From Azolla caroliniana (Eukaryota; Plantae; Polypodiophyta): 64,000 nt of DNA. Both the position numbers and the translations under genes were made by a program. Each line of letters opens with the position of its first letter. Within the stretch, counting starts at the first letter, position 1. Below the pieces are notes generated by a model, which did no database searches, had not been told where the DNA came from, and saw only the letters and a list, made by a program, of their open reading frames with translations. Below, one piece after another: positions 37,201 through 49,700 of the stretch. The DNA lies in NCBI GenBank assembly GCA_043228905.1, contig JBHGNT010000008.1, positions 4,898,001 to 4,962,000 of the forward strand. The letters are read 5' to 3'.

Positions 37201-37782
37201 GGAGGATCGTGCCCGCATTTTGGAAGAACTACATCATGATTTATCCTTGGAGCTTAGTCTTGCTAGTGAATGATACAAGAAGCAGGCTGATCGCCATCGA
37301 TCTTCCACTCCACACTTTGTCGTTGGAGACATGGTCTGGTTGTTACGTCGACACATCTCTACTACTCGTCCATGTGCGAAACTTGATTACAAGAAGTTGG
37401 GACCATTCCGTATCATCGAGTGTATCAATCCCGTCGCCTTCCGGCTCGCCCTTCCATCCCACTTCTGGATTCACGATGTTTTCCATGTCTCCCTCCTCGA
37501 ACCCCATTATGCTTCACAACTCCCAGGACGTCAAGCTCCACCACCACCACCTGTGCAATTGACGACAGGGGAGGAATACGAGGTCAACCAAATCCTTGAC
37601 TCGCGTTGGCACCGTCGACACTTGCAATACCTCGTCCTATGGAGGGGTTACCCCATGTCTGAGGCCACATGGGAACCATCGGCAAATTTACAAAATGCCC
37701 CAGAGGTCGTCCAAGATTTTCATCACCGATATCCCCACAAACCAGCGGCCGATTTGGGAAGGCGGCGTAAGAGGGGGGATAA
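34238..37782 (+). pseudogene. Chromovirus Pol (PR-RT-RH-INT-chromodomain), -1 frame, premature stops
   Basis: LDSGAS, YLDD, ETDASD, HHCC/DDE, GPF, chromodomain YEVNQILDS...YLVLWRGY...TWEP. TGA stops at ~35267, 36188, 36797, 37271. Confidence 0.93.
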
Positions 37783-40700
37783 TGTCAAGATTCGAACTCT
37801 TGACACGACCATGTTATAATCTAGTATTATGAGTTAACCAAGATATCTAGTACTAGTTATGTATGTAATTGGTCCTTATTATTTTGCTAGCATCATGTGC
37901 ATAGTTGCTCCCTTGTAGTATTTACACTTGGCACATGCATGCATACCTACATGCTCTATTGTAGATTCACATGCGTGCAACAAGTATGCATGCCATGTAG
38001 TATAAATAGAGGAGTTCACCTTGAAGGAATTCAAGGTGAACAACACCAGTTATGGAGTCTTTCCTTTAATACTATCTTCTTTCTTGTCCATTTGGTTATC
38101 TTCTTGCTTGTCTCTTGAGTTTATGATCCGTGACAGTAATTTGTAAACATTCCGCTACGATTGTCGTAGTCGGAATTCGATGCGTAATTCGTGAACATTC
38201 CGTTATGATTGTTGTAATCAGAGTTCGATGCGTAGTTCGTGTGTTGTGGGCTAGTTGAAGTCTAGACTCGTACCTTTTTCTGGCACTCCTCTTCATAGTG
38301 GCCGTGTTTTCCATAATACCCGCATTCGATCAGGTTGTTACGATTGCTCAGTCCGGTGCGATGACTCCCCCTTCTGCCAAACTCTCTGGGACCGTTCCTG
38401 TCCGCTTGCCATTGGTGGGAGTTATGCTCTTTAGTCTGCCGACCATTACGGTCTTGTTCGGATCGACCTCTATTTCCATGGCCGAAATTTCTTCTATCAT
38501 CTGACTGGGAGTAGAGCATATGACCCTCTGGTGCGGTGCTCGTTTGTCGGACATGATTTTCCTCAACCAACAATATTGATTGGAGATCGAAAAAGGAAGG
38601 AGGGTTCTCCCTTGCAAGGATGGCCGATCTAATCGAGCCAAATCGGGGTATTAAGCCACCGAGGCATATTTGCACCATCTCTTCATCGTTGATTACGACA
38701 TTAATCGAACCGAGGGCATCACACAACTCCTTGATCTTTAAGGTATAACTTGTGATCAACATGTCCCTCTATTGCATGTTGTTTAGCTCATGTCGAAGTT
38801 GGAGCTTTTGTGTAGCCATGTTGGCCGCAAAAATCTTCTTGAGATTTCCCCAAGCTTCTTTCGGTGTTTTCGAATCTCGAATATAGCCAAGCATATGATC
38901 ATGAACGCATGATGCAAGGCAATACAACACACGGCTTGTGGCCTACTCCCATGCGGGATAGTCGGCATGTGTTGGGTTGGGTTGAGTTTCGTGAGCTCCT
39001 TCAATGTAGCTCCGGTAACCTTGTTCGACAAGGTATTGATGCATCTTGTATTCTCAAGATGCAAAATTCGTTTTGTCAAGCTTCTCGATAGGAAGAGCGC
39101 TTCCCATTTGAGTGTTCATTATGTCGATTTCTTCTCTGTTGATGAGCCAGTTCTGTTGATCGTCGGCGTGTACCACAACACAGTTGAATAGATTCGATTA
39201 AGCAATCACTCGCTCTGATACCATGTAAAGAAATGAGGAGCAAGAGTGCCTGAGATAAAAGTTTGTGTGTGTGTGTGTGTGTGTGTACGTAAGGCAAAAC
39301 AAAGAGAGAGAGCTTAAAACAGAGAGAAAAGACTGTATATTACATTAACCAAAATACTTCCAATAGTAACTAAGTTACAAGGGGTTGGTTTAAATACCAA
39401 CTAACTTAGGGCAAGTGTTACCCGTAAGAATATACGGGGAGGTATAAAGGTATGTGTAATGATGTGGTTGATGTGTATGTGTAAAGTAAATGAGTGTTTG
39501 AGGATGAGTATGTATATGGACACATGCACAATTATGTGCATGTGTACAAGAACGTGTAACGGTCTTATTTATAACGGTCATGTAACAGTTACATTGGATG
39601 TATTATATAAACCCCCTATGGGGCATGTAATGGGATATACAATTTTCCCCCTCTCATTTTGTGTCATTCTCTATTTTCTTTACTTCTCTCTTTCTCTCTA
39701 ACGTAACCCCCTTGGGAGGGGGGTGAAGCCATTCTAGGTTTCACCCCTCACCCATCAATAGCAAGTGCCCTTTCTACTATTTACAAAACTAGCATGGTAT
39801 GGCCATAAGCTAGTGTGAAACCTATTACTATGGGAAGTTGAGTTCGACTCTCAACAATAGTAAATAGGAATATTGTAGGCAGAATTAGTGTTAGGCTCAT
39901 TTATGAGCATTCAAGTACTGATGGTACTTGTGTCAGCCCACACGTCAAGGCTTATATAAAAGTGCTCACTGAGCACAAAGTGTTCATTATTTGTAATAGA
40001 ATTTGTTGTTTGCTCTCTCTGCCTCTCTCACTATGTATCCATTCTTTGTGTTTACCTAACTGTTGAGTTTTCAAACACCAACTGTGTATTTGGTGTCTTT
40101 CACACACGCTTCCGCACACGAATCTCTTTTCATGGTATCAGACCGTGAGTGTTGAGACTCCTCTGCAACCGATAGAAAAGCAAGTGAAGAAGACCGAGAC
40201 AAAGTCCTTCGTTTTTTCGGAATAGAAGAGATAGAAACATGGACAGAGGAATGGGAAGCTTGCTTCCGACAGAGAAGCTCAATTGGAGCAACTACGCATC
40301 TTGGTCATACAAGATGCACCAGTACCTGCTCGGGCACAGTTATTGGAGTTATGTTTAAGGAGCTACTGATGCAGCACTTGAATTGACACACAGAGATTTC
40401 CCGGTCTGGGAACAGGCGACAAGAAAAGTTCTGTACTGTTTTGCATCTTGTGTGAGCGACCAACTTTTGAGTTACATTCAGGATGCCAAGATGCCAAAGG
40501 ATGCATGGGCGAATCTCAGACGGATTTTCACTGCCAACACAACAACTAGGAAGCTGCAGCTCAAGCAGGAGCTTAGCAATGTCCGACAGAAGGATCTGTC
40601 AATGGCTAATTATACATCATGAATCAAGGAGATCTACGACTCCCTCACCTCCATCAACGTGACCGTCGAGGAGGATGAAATGGTGTGGGTCTGCCTTGGA

Positions 40701-43494
40701 GTGCGGGCATCAAAGTTTGGAGCATTCCAAACGGCGGTCTGCACGAGGGAGAATACGCCTTCGTTTTTCAAGCTTCAATCAATGTTGCTCGTAGAAGAAA
40801 ACCACTCCGGTGCGTCGAAGAATATGCACACTAACAACAAGATATTGTACACAGAGGCGGAGAGGCCCCATGATCGTGGTGGACGAGGCGGGTCGGCATG
40901 CAATGGTGGTGGCTGACAAGAGCAAAACTCAAGGCATAATTGAAATGCCGACAACAGTTCCAGACCCCCCACCAGTAGGGGGATCCAAGGTGGCGCCGAC
41001 GGTCGGCAAGGAAAGGCCATGAAAACCTGTTGGTATTGTGGCCGGAAGGGCCACAGAGAGAGCGAGTGCTGGAAATAGCGAGCTGATTCGGACAGAGTTG
41101 AATCGAGCCGAGGAGACGCATATAGGCGTAAGAGATTGCATTACACCAAAGGCTTTGGGCGAGCCGAAACGGGCCCAACCTTCGTAATGAAGCACAAATC
41201 CAACTCAATGGTGGTGAACATCTCAAGGTCAAACGAGGTGTGGTATGTGGATTTGGGCACATTGAACCTCATGACGAATCACAAGGAGTGGTTCTCGACT
41301 CTTGAAAAGCCGGAGCAGCTAGGGGTCATCGAAATTGGCGATGACACCCCTCACCCCATCGAACATATTGGAGACGTCCCTTTAAGCCACATGGGCCGAA
41401 AAGCGATAATGAGAAATGTCTTGCATGTGCCGACAATCACCAAGAACTTGGTGTCGGTCGGATAAATTGTCACTCATCTCGGGTGCTTCATCGAAGAAGA
41501 AGGCAAGATAATCATGCAAGGGCGCTGAGAAGGGAGGATGTTCATCCTCGAAACAAACAATGTCGGAACCACTTATGTTTGCGAAAGGGCAGAAGGTCGA
41601 ATCGGATATCAACTTGTGGCACAAGCGGTTCGGCCACGTCAACTTCCCACGGCTTGGAGAAATGCAGAAAAAAAATATAGTTTTTGGCTTGCCGAAATTT
41701 AGTGGTCGAAAGGGCCAAGTTTGCGAAGACTGCCAGTTAGGGAAGCGTCATCGACTTCTGTTCCCAAATGAAAGAAATCGGAGCCGAAAAAAGCTCGATT
41801 TAATCCATTCGGATGTATGGGGACCGATGCAGAATGTGAGTCTTGGTGGAAGTCGTTACTTTGTAACCTTCATCGATGACTTCACTAGGCATACCTAGGC
41901 ATGCTTAATTGAGAAGAAGAGCGAAGTCTTCTCTTGCTTGTTAAAGGTGAAGAGCCTTGCCGAACGGGAGACAAGCCGGGCGATCAAAAGCCTCAGGACC
42001 AATGGTGGAAAGGAGTACTTGCTATTTGTAGGAGGGAATTTGACGTGAATTCTCTTGCAGATACACACCGAAGCAGAACGATGTAGCTGAAAGGAAGAAT
42101 CGGACGATAGAGGAGGTGGCCAAGGTAATGCTTGAGGAGAAGCATATGTTGAAGTTTTACTGGGCCGAAGCTGTTAGGACGACTGTATACTTGCAAAATT
42201 GGACTTCTGCAAATGGAGGAGTGTTGCCACACAAGCTGTATTTTGGGAAGAAGCCGAATTTGGCACACTTCAGGGTTTTTGACGTCGTGGTAATTTCCTT
42301 CACCTCCTACCCCCATGCACTCCATTCCGAATTCTAAAGATGAGGCCAATGAGGACGAGTTTCCCCTGAATGAGGAGGCAATCAGAGCTCTTGAGGAGAT
42401 CCCAATTTCATTTTGGCTAAGCCGGCCAAATGAGCGATTGAGTCGGAACCACCAGTCGGAAGATGAGCCGAGGAGTAGTGGAGACTAGGCCGTGCAATCC
42501 CTACGCTAGAAACCGAGGAGACGGTTTATGCGCAAGGAGAAAGGGAAAATGAAAATGCCGGAGTATGTCCCTAAGGCTAAAACATCGGATCGAAGCGAAT
42601 CCGATGCGGCTAGAAGCAAGGAGGGACCTCCAAAAACGAGGTTGAAGTCGGCCGAGAGGGCCATGAAATCGGCGAATCAGAAGTTGTGTTGATCTACCTG
42701 CCACAAGAATACTGTAATTTGGTACAGGTACAATGAGTATATGGTGCATCATTATGCATATATGGCAAAGGTGGCCGAAGTGTATGAGCCGGAGAGCTAC
42801 GCCGAAGTGGCAAAGGACGTGAATTGGCGTGCCGCTATGGAGGAAGAGATGTGAGCATTATCGGAAAACAAGACTTGGGACTTGGTTGACACCCCAATGG
42901 GTGTGAAGCCGATCGGATGTAGGTGGGTGTAGAAGGTCAAGTACAACGCCGACGGGTTGGTCAACTGATATAAGGCTCGATTGGTGGCCAAGGGCTACAC
43001 ACAGAAACACGACATCGATTACGATGACACCTTCGCACTAGTTGCAAAGATGACTGTTGTCTGCCTGGCCGGACTAGCCTCAACACAGGTGTCTATCCGA
43101 CACTTCTCCAAAGGGGTGGTAAGGATTGGATGCTAGGTTACACGCGTAAGATGATTACAATTAAGCACAGACGGTAAACAATACGAAGATACAAATAAAC
43201 ACGCAATAATTACTATTGTATTACTTCCGTCAAACCCTTTACAAATCATCGGATCCTTTTATAGGCATCCGGCAAGGTTACAATCGGTGCGCTTAGGCAA
43301 CCGACATCCAAATCGGTCCGGATCCGGATCGGTACAACTGTACCAGATCCGTCCCTTCGAATAATAATTCTACTATTATTTACTTCCTATTATCCGATCC
43401 GACTCCGCCTTCCCACTTGTCCTTGCTCTTCTGACTGGCCAACACATGGCACGCCCGTGGGAAAGTGCCTTGCACTTTGAATCCACTCCCGGCC

Positions 43495-46400
43495 TCATTC
43501 TTCCTCCAAAATATCGAGCACACTCTGCTCGATGGTGTCAAGTGGTGCTTCTTCCTCCTGTTCCTGTTCCTTGCCTGCCTGGTCTCCGACCTCCGGTTGG
43601 GTTGGTTGTTCCGTAAAAATTTGCTGCTCCGGCTCTGCTTGATTCTGTGGTGCCGGTGCTTCCTCACCGCTTCGTCCGGGTTCTTCCTGTTCTCCCTCTG
43701 TTCTAGGCTCTGTTATGTTACCAGTGTCGCTTTTTCCGGTCTCGACTGGTTGGCTCGGTACGCCTTCTTCCTCTGCTCTGGTGTCTTCCGGTCTCAGCTC
43801 TTCTTCTTTTCCTTCGAACGGAAGTTCTTCTTCGGGTATTCCTCGTCGGGGTTGTTTGGTGTCGGTTGGTTCAACTTCAGCCGGTCGCTCTCCCTCACTT
43901 ATAGTGATTGGCGTCGTTCTTCCCTTAGCTTCCTGTCGTAACCGGTCCTGCTCGTATCTCTCCAACTCCAACTGAGTTGCGAGCTGCCCGTCATCCAACC
44001 TCTCTACCAACCCTCGGATTTCTTTGAGATGTTCTTCCGCTAAAGTGTAGAAATCCTCCGACAATTCTTCCCGAATGGCGACGATACTTTCCTCATCCAT
44101 CTTGTAGAACTTGTCACCGGTCTTCCTCCGATTCTCGGCATCCGCTTGGAGTGTCTGTAGCTCGGCTGCCTGTTGTGACCACTCCTTCCATAGCTTTTCC
44201 GTACTTTCGTTGATGCTTGCCTGAGCTCGGGTACTCCATCCTGACATGATGAGCTTGATCCGGTCAACCCCCGCCTTAGCATGCGCATAAGCTTCTTGCT
44301 TTTCCTTCCTTGCCCGTTTTATAATGTCGGCCATTATCTGAGCCTGGGCCTCGTAATCCGCTTTTTGCTTTTCATAGGTACTTTGCAGTTTGCTGATCGT
44401 GAAGGTCAATTTTTCCTTTTCTTCATTCCTGATCTTGGTCAGATCCAGCTTTTCCCGCCTTAGCGCCTCTAATTCCTTCCTTCTCTCCGTCGCTTGGGCT
44501 ATTTCCGCCGACAATGCTTCCTTGTTGGCACTGACCTCATCTATTGCCTTAGCCAGGTCTAATCGGGTCTCTTTGAGCTGTTCTTTCAGCTTCTCTATTT
44601 GCCGGTCGTAGTCTGCTGCCCGTTTCTTGTTGTCCGACTCGGCCTGCTTGTGATCTCGGTAGAGACGGTCGAAGTCCTCCGTCTTCTGCTTCAGGCGTCG
44701 GTTTGCCTGAGCTCTTAACCGATCGTCCCGGTCCTTCTGTTGTCGGAGTTCTTCCTGCAGTCGTTCTATCTCCTGCTCGGCATGTCGACGCAGTCGGTCC
44801 TTCTCCTTTTGCAGCTTCTCTTTTTCTTCTTGCAGTCGGTCATTAGTGGCTCGACCTTTCCGGAGGCCTTCTTCCATTTTTCTTCTGTCGTCCTCCACCG
44901 CTTTCTGCTGCTCCCTTTCTCTTTCCCTTAATGCCTCCTGAGCTTTTAACTCCTCTCGTAAGGTTTCTATTATTTTTTCGGTCTCAGGGCCGGTTTGCAA
45001 GGCTACCGGTTCCGGTTCCGGTTCTGGTTGCTTTCTTGTTGTCCCGACCGGCTCGGTGACAACTTGTGCTTGTTGAATTCCTTCCCTTGCCTGCAACAGC
45101 TCCCCTTGCATTTCCTCGATCTGTGTTCGGAGCGCGACCAACTCCTGAGTTGTTGTATGCGTCAGCTGTTGCCTACACGTTTCTTCTTTCTCTAACTGGT
45201 CCGCTACTCCCGATAACTGCTCTGAAAGCCATCTTAGCCATTGTGGCTTTGTTCTTCTTGTGTCGGGGTGGCCTTGCTTACTTAACTCAGGCTGTTTTTC
45301 CGGCCTTTTCTCTGGCTCCGGCGCTTGTTCATTCTTCGTCTCTGGGATGACCAGTTCTCCGAAGTCCGGCACAACCGGTGTCGGTGCTGCTTCCCTTGGT
45401 ACGGGTTCCGGTACTGCTTCCGCCTCGGTTACTGGAGGTGGTCCTTGCGCCCTCTGCTGAGTTTTGTCAACTGGTGGAGCCGGTCCTTTCGCCCGTCTCT
45501 CCCGACCCTGTCTTGCTAGGAGTCTTACCAGTGGTTCGGATGAGTCTTCTGTTTCAGCTTCCTCCTTCGGTGCGGCTACCAGGCGGACCTTTTGTATAAA
45601 GTCCTCTGGTTCCGGTTCCGGCCGTCGCAGCGTTATATTGATTGGTTTGCGTGCTACCGGTTCCTCCTCGGCCGATTTCCCTTTGCCTTTTCCTGCCGGT
45701 TTTGCCTTTGTTGCCGGTTCCTGTTGCTGTCGGGATGGTCCTTCCCCCCGCTGTTCTGCTTCTTGCTGGGTCCATCCGGGGGTGTGTTTCTCCAAGATCT
45801 GTCGGCGCTTTGTGACCTTTTTCGGCGTCGTCTCCTGCCGACCTCTTTTCTTTTGTGTGATGGGGAGCACAGGTGGGACTAACACCGTTAGCCATTGTGC
45901 TATCCCGGCCCATGGCTTTTTTCCTTCCACAAGATTCTTGATGGCCTCCTTCATTCCTTCGGTTATGAAATGGAGCCAGTCTATTTGTAAGCCTTCGTAC
46001 GCTGCTATTAAGAACGTTGCCCGGTACTTGGCTATGGCCGGGGGACGAGGATTCACGAATCCGTATTCCATCATGGCGCGGGCCACTTCTCCGAACAGCA
46101 GGTTCTCTCCACCCTGTGTTCGGTACGCCTTGCTGCTGATAGAGTACTCACCGAAATATTCGAACAGGATTTCGCTTGAAGGGTTTTCGATTGTTTGAAG
46201 CCCTCCTGCTATTATCCCCGTGAGCGCCTGCACCGCTCCTTCTGTGACTTCTGATAAATCGATCGATGTTGCCGCCTGCTCTGGTTCTGCGTGTGGTGGA
46301 GTGTCGGCGATCCGCAACAATCCTTTTAACCCGTTCTCCCTCATCCATTGGCGTGCCTCCTCCGACAGTACCATTGTTTCGAATTCTTCTTCTGCTGCCT

Positions 46401-46575
46401 GTTGTTCGGGATCGGGCTGTGTGTGCTTTGTGCGTCGGATCGCTCTTCTGTGCTTCTGCGCCTGTATGTAGGAAAATTCGTAAAAAGTGAGTCCTTCGCA
46501 AGCCTGTGTCTTATATAGTGGCTTTTGCCTCGAGCCACCCTTTTTCGTTTCCCGCGCATGTTCCTCTCCCGCCAT
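43495..46575 (-). CDS. Gypsy ORF3: intact ~1026-aa protein of unknown function (globular N-domain, NLS-like, long coiled coil, acidic tail)
   Basis: Open frame from ATG 46575 (MAGEEH) to 50 bp before the 3' LTR. KKRGRQETTPKKVTKRR; E/K/R/Q heptad-rich region of ~400 aa. Confidence 0.85.
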   Translation of the reverse strand: MAGEEHARETKKGGSRQKPLYKTQACEGLTFYEFSYIQAQKHRRAIRRTKHTQPDPEQQAAEEEFETMVLSEEARQWMRENGLKGLLRIADTPPHAEPEQAATSIDLSEVTEGAVQALTGIIAGGLQTIENPSSEILFEYFGEYSISSKAYRTQGGENLLFGEVARAMMEYGFVNPRPPAIAKYRATFLIAAYEGLQIDWLHFITEGMKEAIKNLVEGKKPWAGIAQWLTVLVPPVLPITQKKRGRQETTPKKVTKRRQILEKHTPGWTQQEAEQRGEGPSRQQQEPATKAKPAGKGKGKSAEEEPVARKPINITLRRPEPEPEDFIQKVRLVAAPKEEAETEDSSEPLVRLLARQGRERRAKGPAPPVDKTQQRAQGPPPVTEAEAVPEPVPREAAPTPVVPDFGELVIPETKNEQAPEPEKRPEKQPELSKQGHPDTRRTKPQWLRWLSEQLSGVADQLEKEETCRQQLTHTTTQELVALRTQIEEMQGELLQAREGIQQAQVVTEPVGTTRKQPEPEPEPVALQTGPETEKIIETLREELKAQEALREREREQQKAVEDDRRKMEEGLRKGRATNDRLQEEKEKLQKEKDRLRRHAEQEIERLQEELRQQKDRDDRLRAQANRRLKQKTEDFDRLYRDHKQAESDNKKRAADYDRQIEKLKEQLKETRLDLAKAIDEVSANKEALSAEIAQATERRKELEALRREKLDLTKIRNEEKEKLTFTISKLQSTYEKQKADYEAQAQIMADIIKRARKEKQEAYAHAKAGVDRIKLIMSGWSTRAQASINESTEKLWKEWSQQAAELQTLQADAENRRKTGDKFYKMDEESIVAIREELSEDFYTLAEEHLKEIRGLVERLDDGQLATQLELERYEQDRLRQEAKGRTTPITISEGERPAEVEPTDTKQPRRGIPEEELPFEGKEEELRPEDTRAEEEGVPSQPVETGKSDTGNITEPRTEGEQEEPGRSGEEAPAPQNQAEPEQQIFTEQPTQPEVGDQAGKEQEQEEEAPLDTIEQSVLDILEEE

Positions 46576-46799
46576 AATTAGTATGTCCTTTCTTGTTTGC
46601 CGCGTGTGAGTGCCCACGTTCCATGCGTTAAATAGCAAGTACGCGCACGTCCTTCTTTAATGCATGGCGCCTCTTCGTTGCATGGTGGCGCTCCCACCTC
46701 TTGTGATCTCCCCATCATTACTATGATTCGCGTCGATTTTGCCCACGTCTTCTTTTTTCTTTTTTCTTTTCTCTTTTTTTTTTCTTTGTTTGGACCACG

Positions 46800-49700
46800 T
46801 CATTTGCTGGTCCCCCCCGATTTGTTCGGGTCGGTTCGTGTGGATACCGGATCCTTCTGTCGGTTTTCCGAGATAGTCTTTGTCAGTATCGGTGTCGGTT
46901 CCTCCTCTTGCCGGATTTCCGGGTTTTGCTTGAACGGGTTGGCTGGCATATTTCCCTTATACGGCTTTAGCCGAAACCCATTTGCCCACTTGCCGATGAC
47001 ATCTCCAGACAACGTGCCGACCTGATACGACCCATTGTACTCCTTGGTGATCCAGAACGGTCCGGTCCACCGAAACCGCAACTTTCCCGGCATGTTCCCC
47101 ATCCGTGTCTGGAATAGTAGCACCGGTTTCCCGATTTCGAACTCCTTTTCGTTGCCACGCCGGTGTCGGTCCACGAAAGCTTTTCTCCTCCTTTGCTCCA
47201 GTTCGAGTTGTAGTAAGTTGGCTATTCGGTTTTCTTCTAATTCCAATAACGTCGCCAGCCGGATTCGTTCGGACTCGTTCCCACTTAAGCGCTCCTTTAC
47301 CTGAATCCGTAAGCTAGGGATCTGGAACTCTACCAGCATGACCACTTCTAAACCGAATGCTAGCCGAAACGGGGTTGTCCGGATGCTGGTTTTGTACGTT
47401 GTTCGGTACGCCCATAGCGCGCTTTGCAATTTCGTATCCCAGTCGGTCCGGTTCTCGTTGACGATTTTTCGTAGGATGTTCTGCAGAGTTTTGTTCGTTG
47501 ATTCCGCTAGTCCATTGGCTTGAGGGTAGTAGGGAGTACTCTTTTTATGTACCACCGCGTAAAATGACGTCAGGCTTTCTACTACCTGCCCGAGAAAATG
47601 TCCTCCTTGGTCACTTATAAGCTCGATCGAGCATCCATACCGGCACCATATGCACTCGTACAGAAACTTTGCCGTGGACGCGGCCGTGTTGTCCCGTAAG
47701 GCCTTTGCTTCTACCCATTTGATGCAATAGTCGGTCGCCACTATGACATACCGATTTCCGGTTCGCATTGCCGGTGGTTTGAAGGGACCGACAAAGTCCA
47801 ACCTCCACTTTTGAAACGGTTCCAAAGGCAAGACCGGGTGGTGTGGCATCCGGGCCTGCTCCGTGGGTTGGCCCAGTCATTGACACAAATCGCATTCTCT
47901 GCTATACTTCACGGCATCTTTTAGGGTGGTGGGCCACCACAGTCCGCTCTGCCATATTTTCCGAGCGGTTGCATCGCCGGCATAATGCCCGCCGGCAATT
48001 CCACAGTGGGCTTCCCTGAGGATTAGATCCTTCTCATCGCTCCGCACTGCTCGTCTCCAGATGCCATCTGCCCCCTTGTGATAGAGGGTGTCTCCAACCA
48101 AGCAGAAATGTCTGCTTCTTACTGCTACCCTTTTCCTTTCATCGCGGTCCATGTTCTCCGGGGGAACTCCGGTGCTCAGGAACTGATGCATCTCAGTTAG
48201 CCACGACGTGTCTTCATCGGCTACCGTTGCATCCGTTGCCGGTTTCGTAGTGATCCGGAACAACTCGGCGTCGGGGAACTCATCCTGGACGCCGTCCCCT
48301 GCTTCTTCGGATTCGAGTTTGCTTAGGTAGTCTGCTACCGCATGCTACGCCCCGGGTCGGTGGAAAATGTCGAATTCAAATTCCTGTAACAGCAATGTCC
48401 ATCGTGCAATTTTTCCCGTCAGGGATGCCTTCGAGACCAGGTAGAGTAGTGCCGAATGGTCGACATGGAAGGAAAACTTCCTTCCGAGCAGATAGTGCCT
48501 GTACTTTGTGACACTATACACCATTCCCAATGCCTCGCGTTCCGTCGTAGAGTAATTCCGTTCGGCTTTTGAGAGTTTCCGGCTTGCGTAGTACACCGGT
48601 CGGTACCATTTCGGCTCCGTGAGTTGCATCAGAACGCTGCCGATTGCTACGTCCGACGCGTTGACAAAGACGTGAAAGCTTTTACTCCAATCCGGCGGTT
48701 GCACCACCGGAGCTTGCGACAGCATAACCTTCAACGCTTGGTAGGCTTCCTCCTCCGTCTCCGCCCATAGGAAGGGTACCCTATGTACGACGGTATGTAA
48801 TGGCGTAGCGAAGTCTGCGAGGTGCCGTATCATCCGGCTATGCCACCTTATTTGGCCCAGGAACCGGCTTAAAGCCTTTGCGTTATTTGGTGCTGGTGCC
48901 TCGAGAATCGCCTTGACTTTATCCGGATCTACCGCGATTCCTTCCTTGCTCACCACGTGCCCTAGTAAGTTGAAGCTTCCCACTCCAGAGATGCACTTTG
49001 CCGGGTTCAGGCTCAATTGGTACTCGCGGCACTTCTCCAAGCACAGCCGGAGGTGATCGAGATGCTCTCCGTGCCGGCTGTAGACCGCGAAATCGTCAAG
49101 GAAGACCTGCATAAAACCAGGGATATATTTCCCGAAAATTTCCATTATTATCCTTTGAAAGGTCGTTGGAGCCGTCTTTAGTCCGAACATCATCACGACC
49201 GTGACGAACACTCCCCATTCCGTCACTAACGCTGTCTTCTCCTGGTCGGCCGGGTTCATTCGTATTTGGTTGTAGCCGCTAAATCCATCCAGGAAGATGT
49301 AAACTTCGTGGCCGGCTACCGCATCTAACACCCCGTCCGTAAATGGTAGTGGAAACGCATCGGTCACTGTTGCGGCATTTAGTTTTCGGTAGTCCACGCA
49401 TACCCGGATTTTGCCGTTCTTTTTCGGGATCACCACTATCGGACTCAGCCAGGTTGCCTGCTTGACCGGTCGGATAAATCCGACCAGGAGGAGCTTATCA
49501 ATTTCCTCCTTCACCTTCGCCGCATAATTCGGATTCATCCGGTACTTGCGTTGAGTGATCGGTTTCGCGTCCGTACTTAGGTGAATTTGGTGCTGATAGA
49601 GTTGGGGGTCCAGCCCTCACATGTCTTCGTACGACCACGCGAACACATCCTTGAAGTCTGTTAATAATGCTATCATTGCCTTCTTTTCTTCCTTCGGCAA

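Larger units (their letters stand above)
32849..38135 (+). mobile_element. Chromoviral Ty3/Gypsy element (Tcn1/Tf1-like), full length
   Basis: 353-bp LTRs 32849-33201 and 37783-38135, TSD GTAAT, PPT AAGAGGGGGGA before the 3' LTR, self-complementary PBS. Confidence 0.95.
32423..39856 (-). mobile_element. Ty1/Copia element B, 5' half only (LTR, PBS, gag, protease)
   Basis: 5' LTR 39224-39856, perfect PBS TGGTATCAGAGC (rc of 39212-39223), gag from ~39107, CGYYGKHGHYEEEC, WFVDSGASNHMT. Truncated at the Copia A LTR and split by the chromovirus. Confidence 0.88.

Noticed and set aside
28952-43054. Inversion mediated by the two oppositely oriented Gypsy copies
   Set aside because: Each copy keeps its own matching TSD (CTTTA, ATGAC), so no exchange has occurred.
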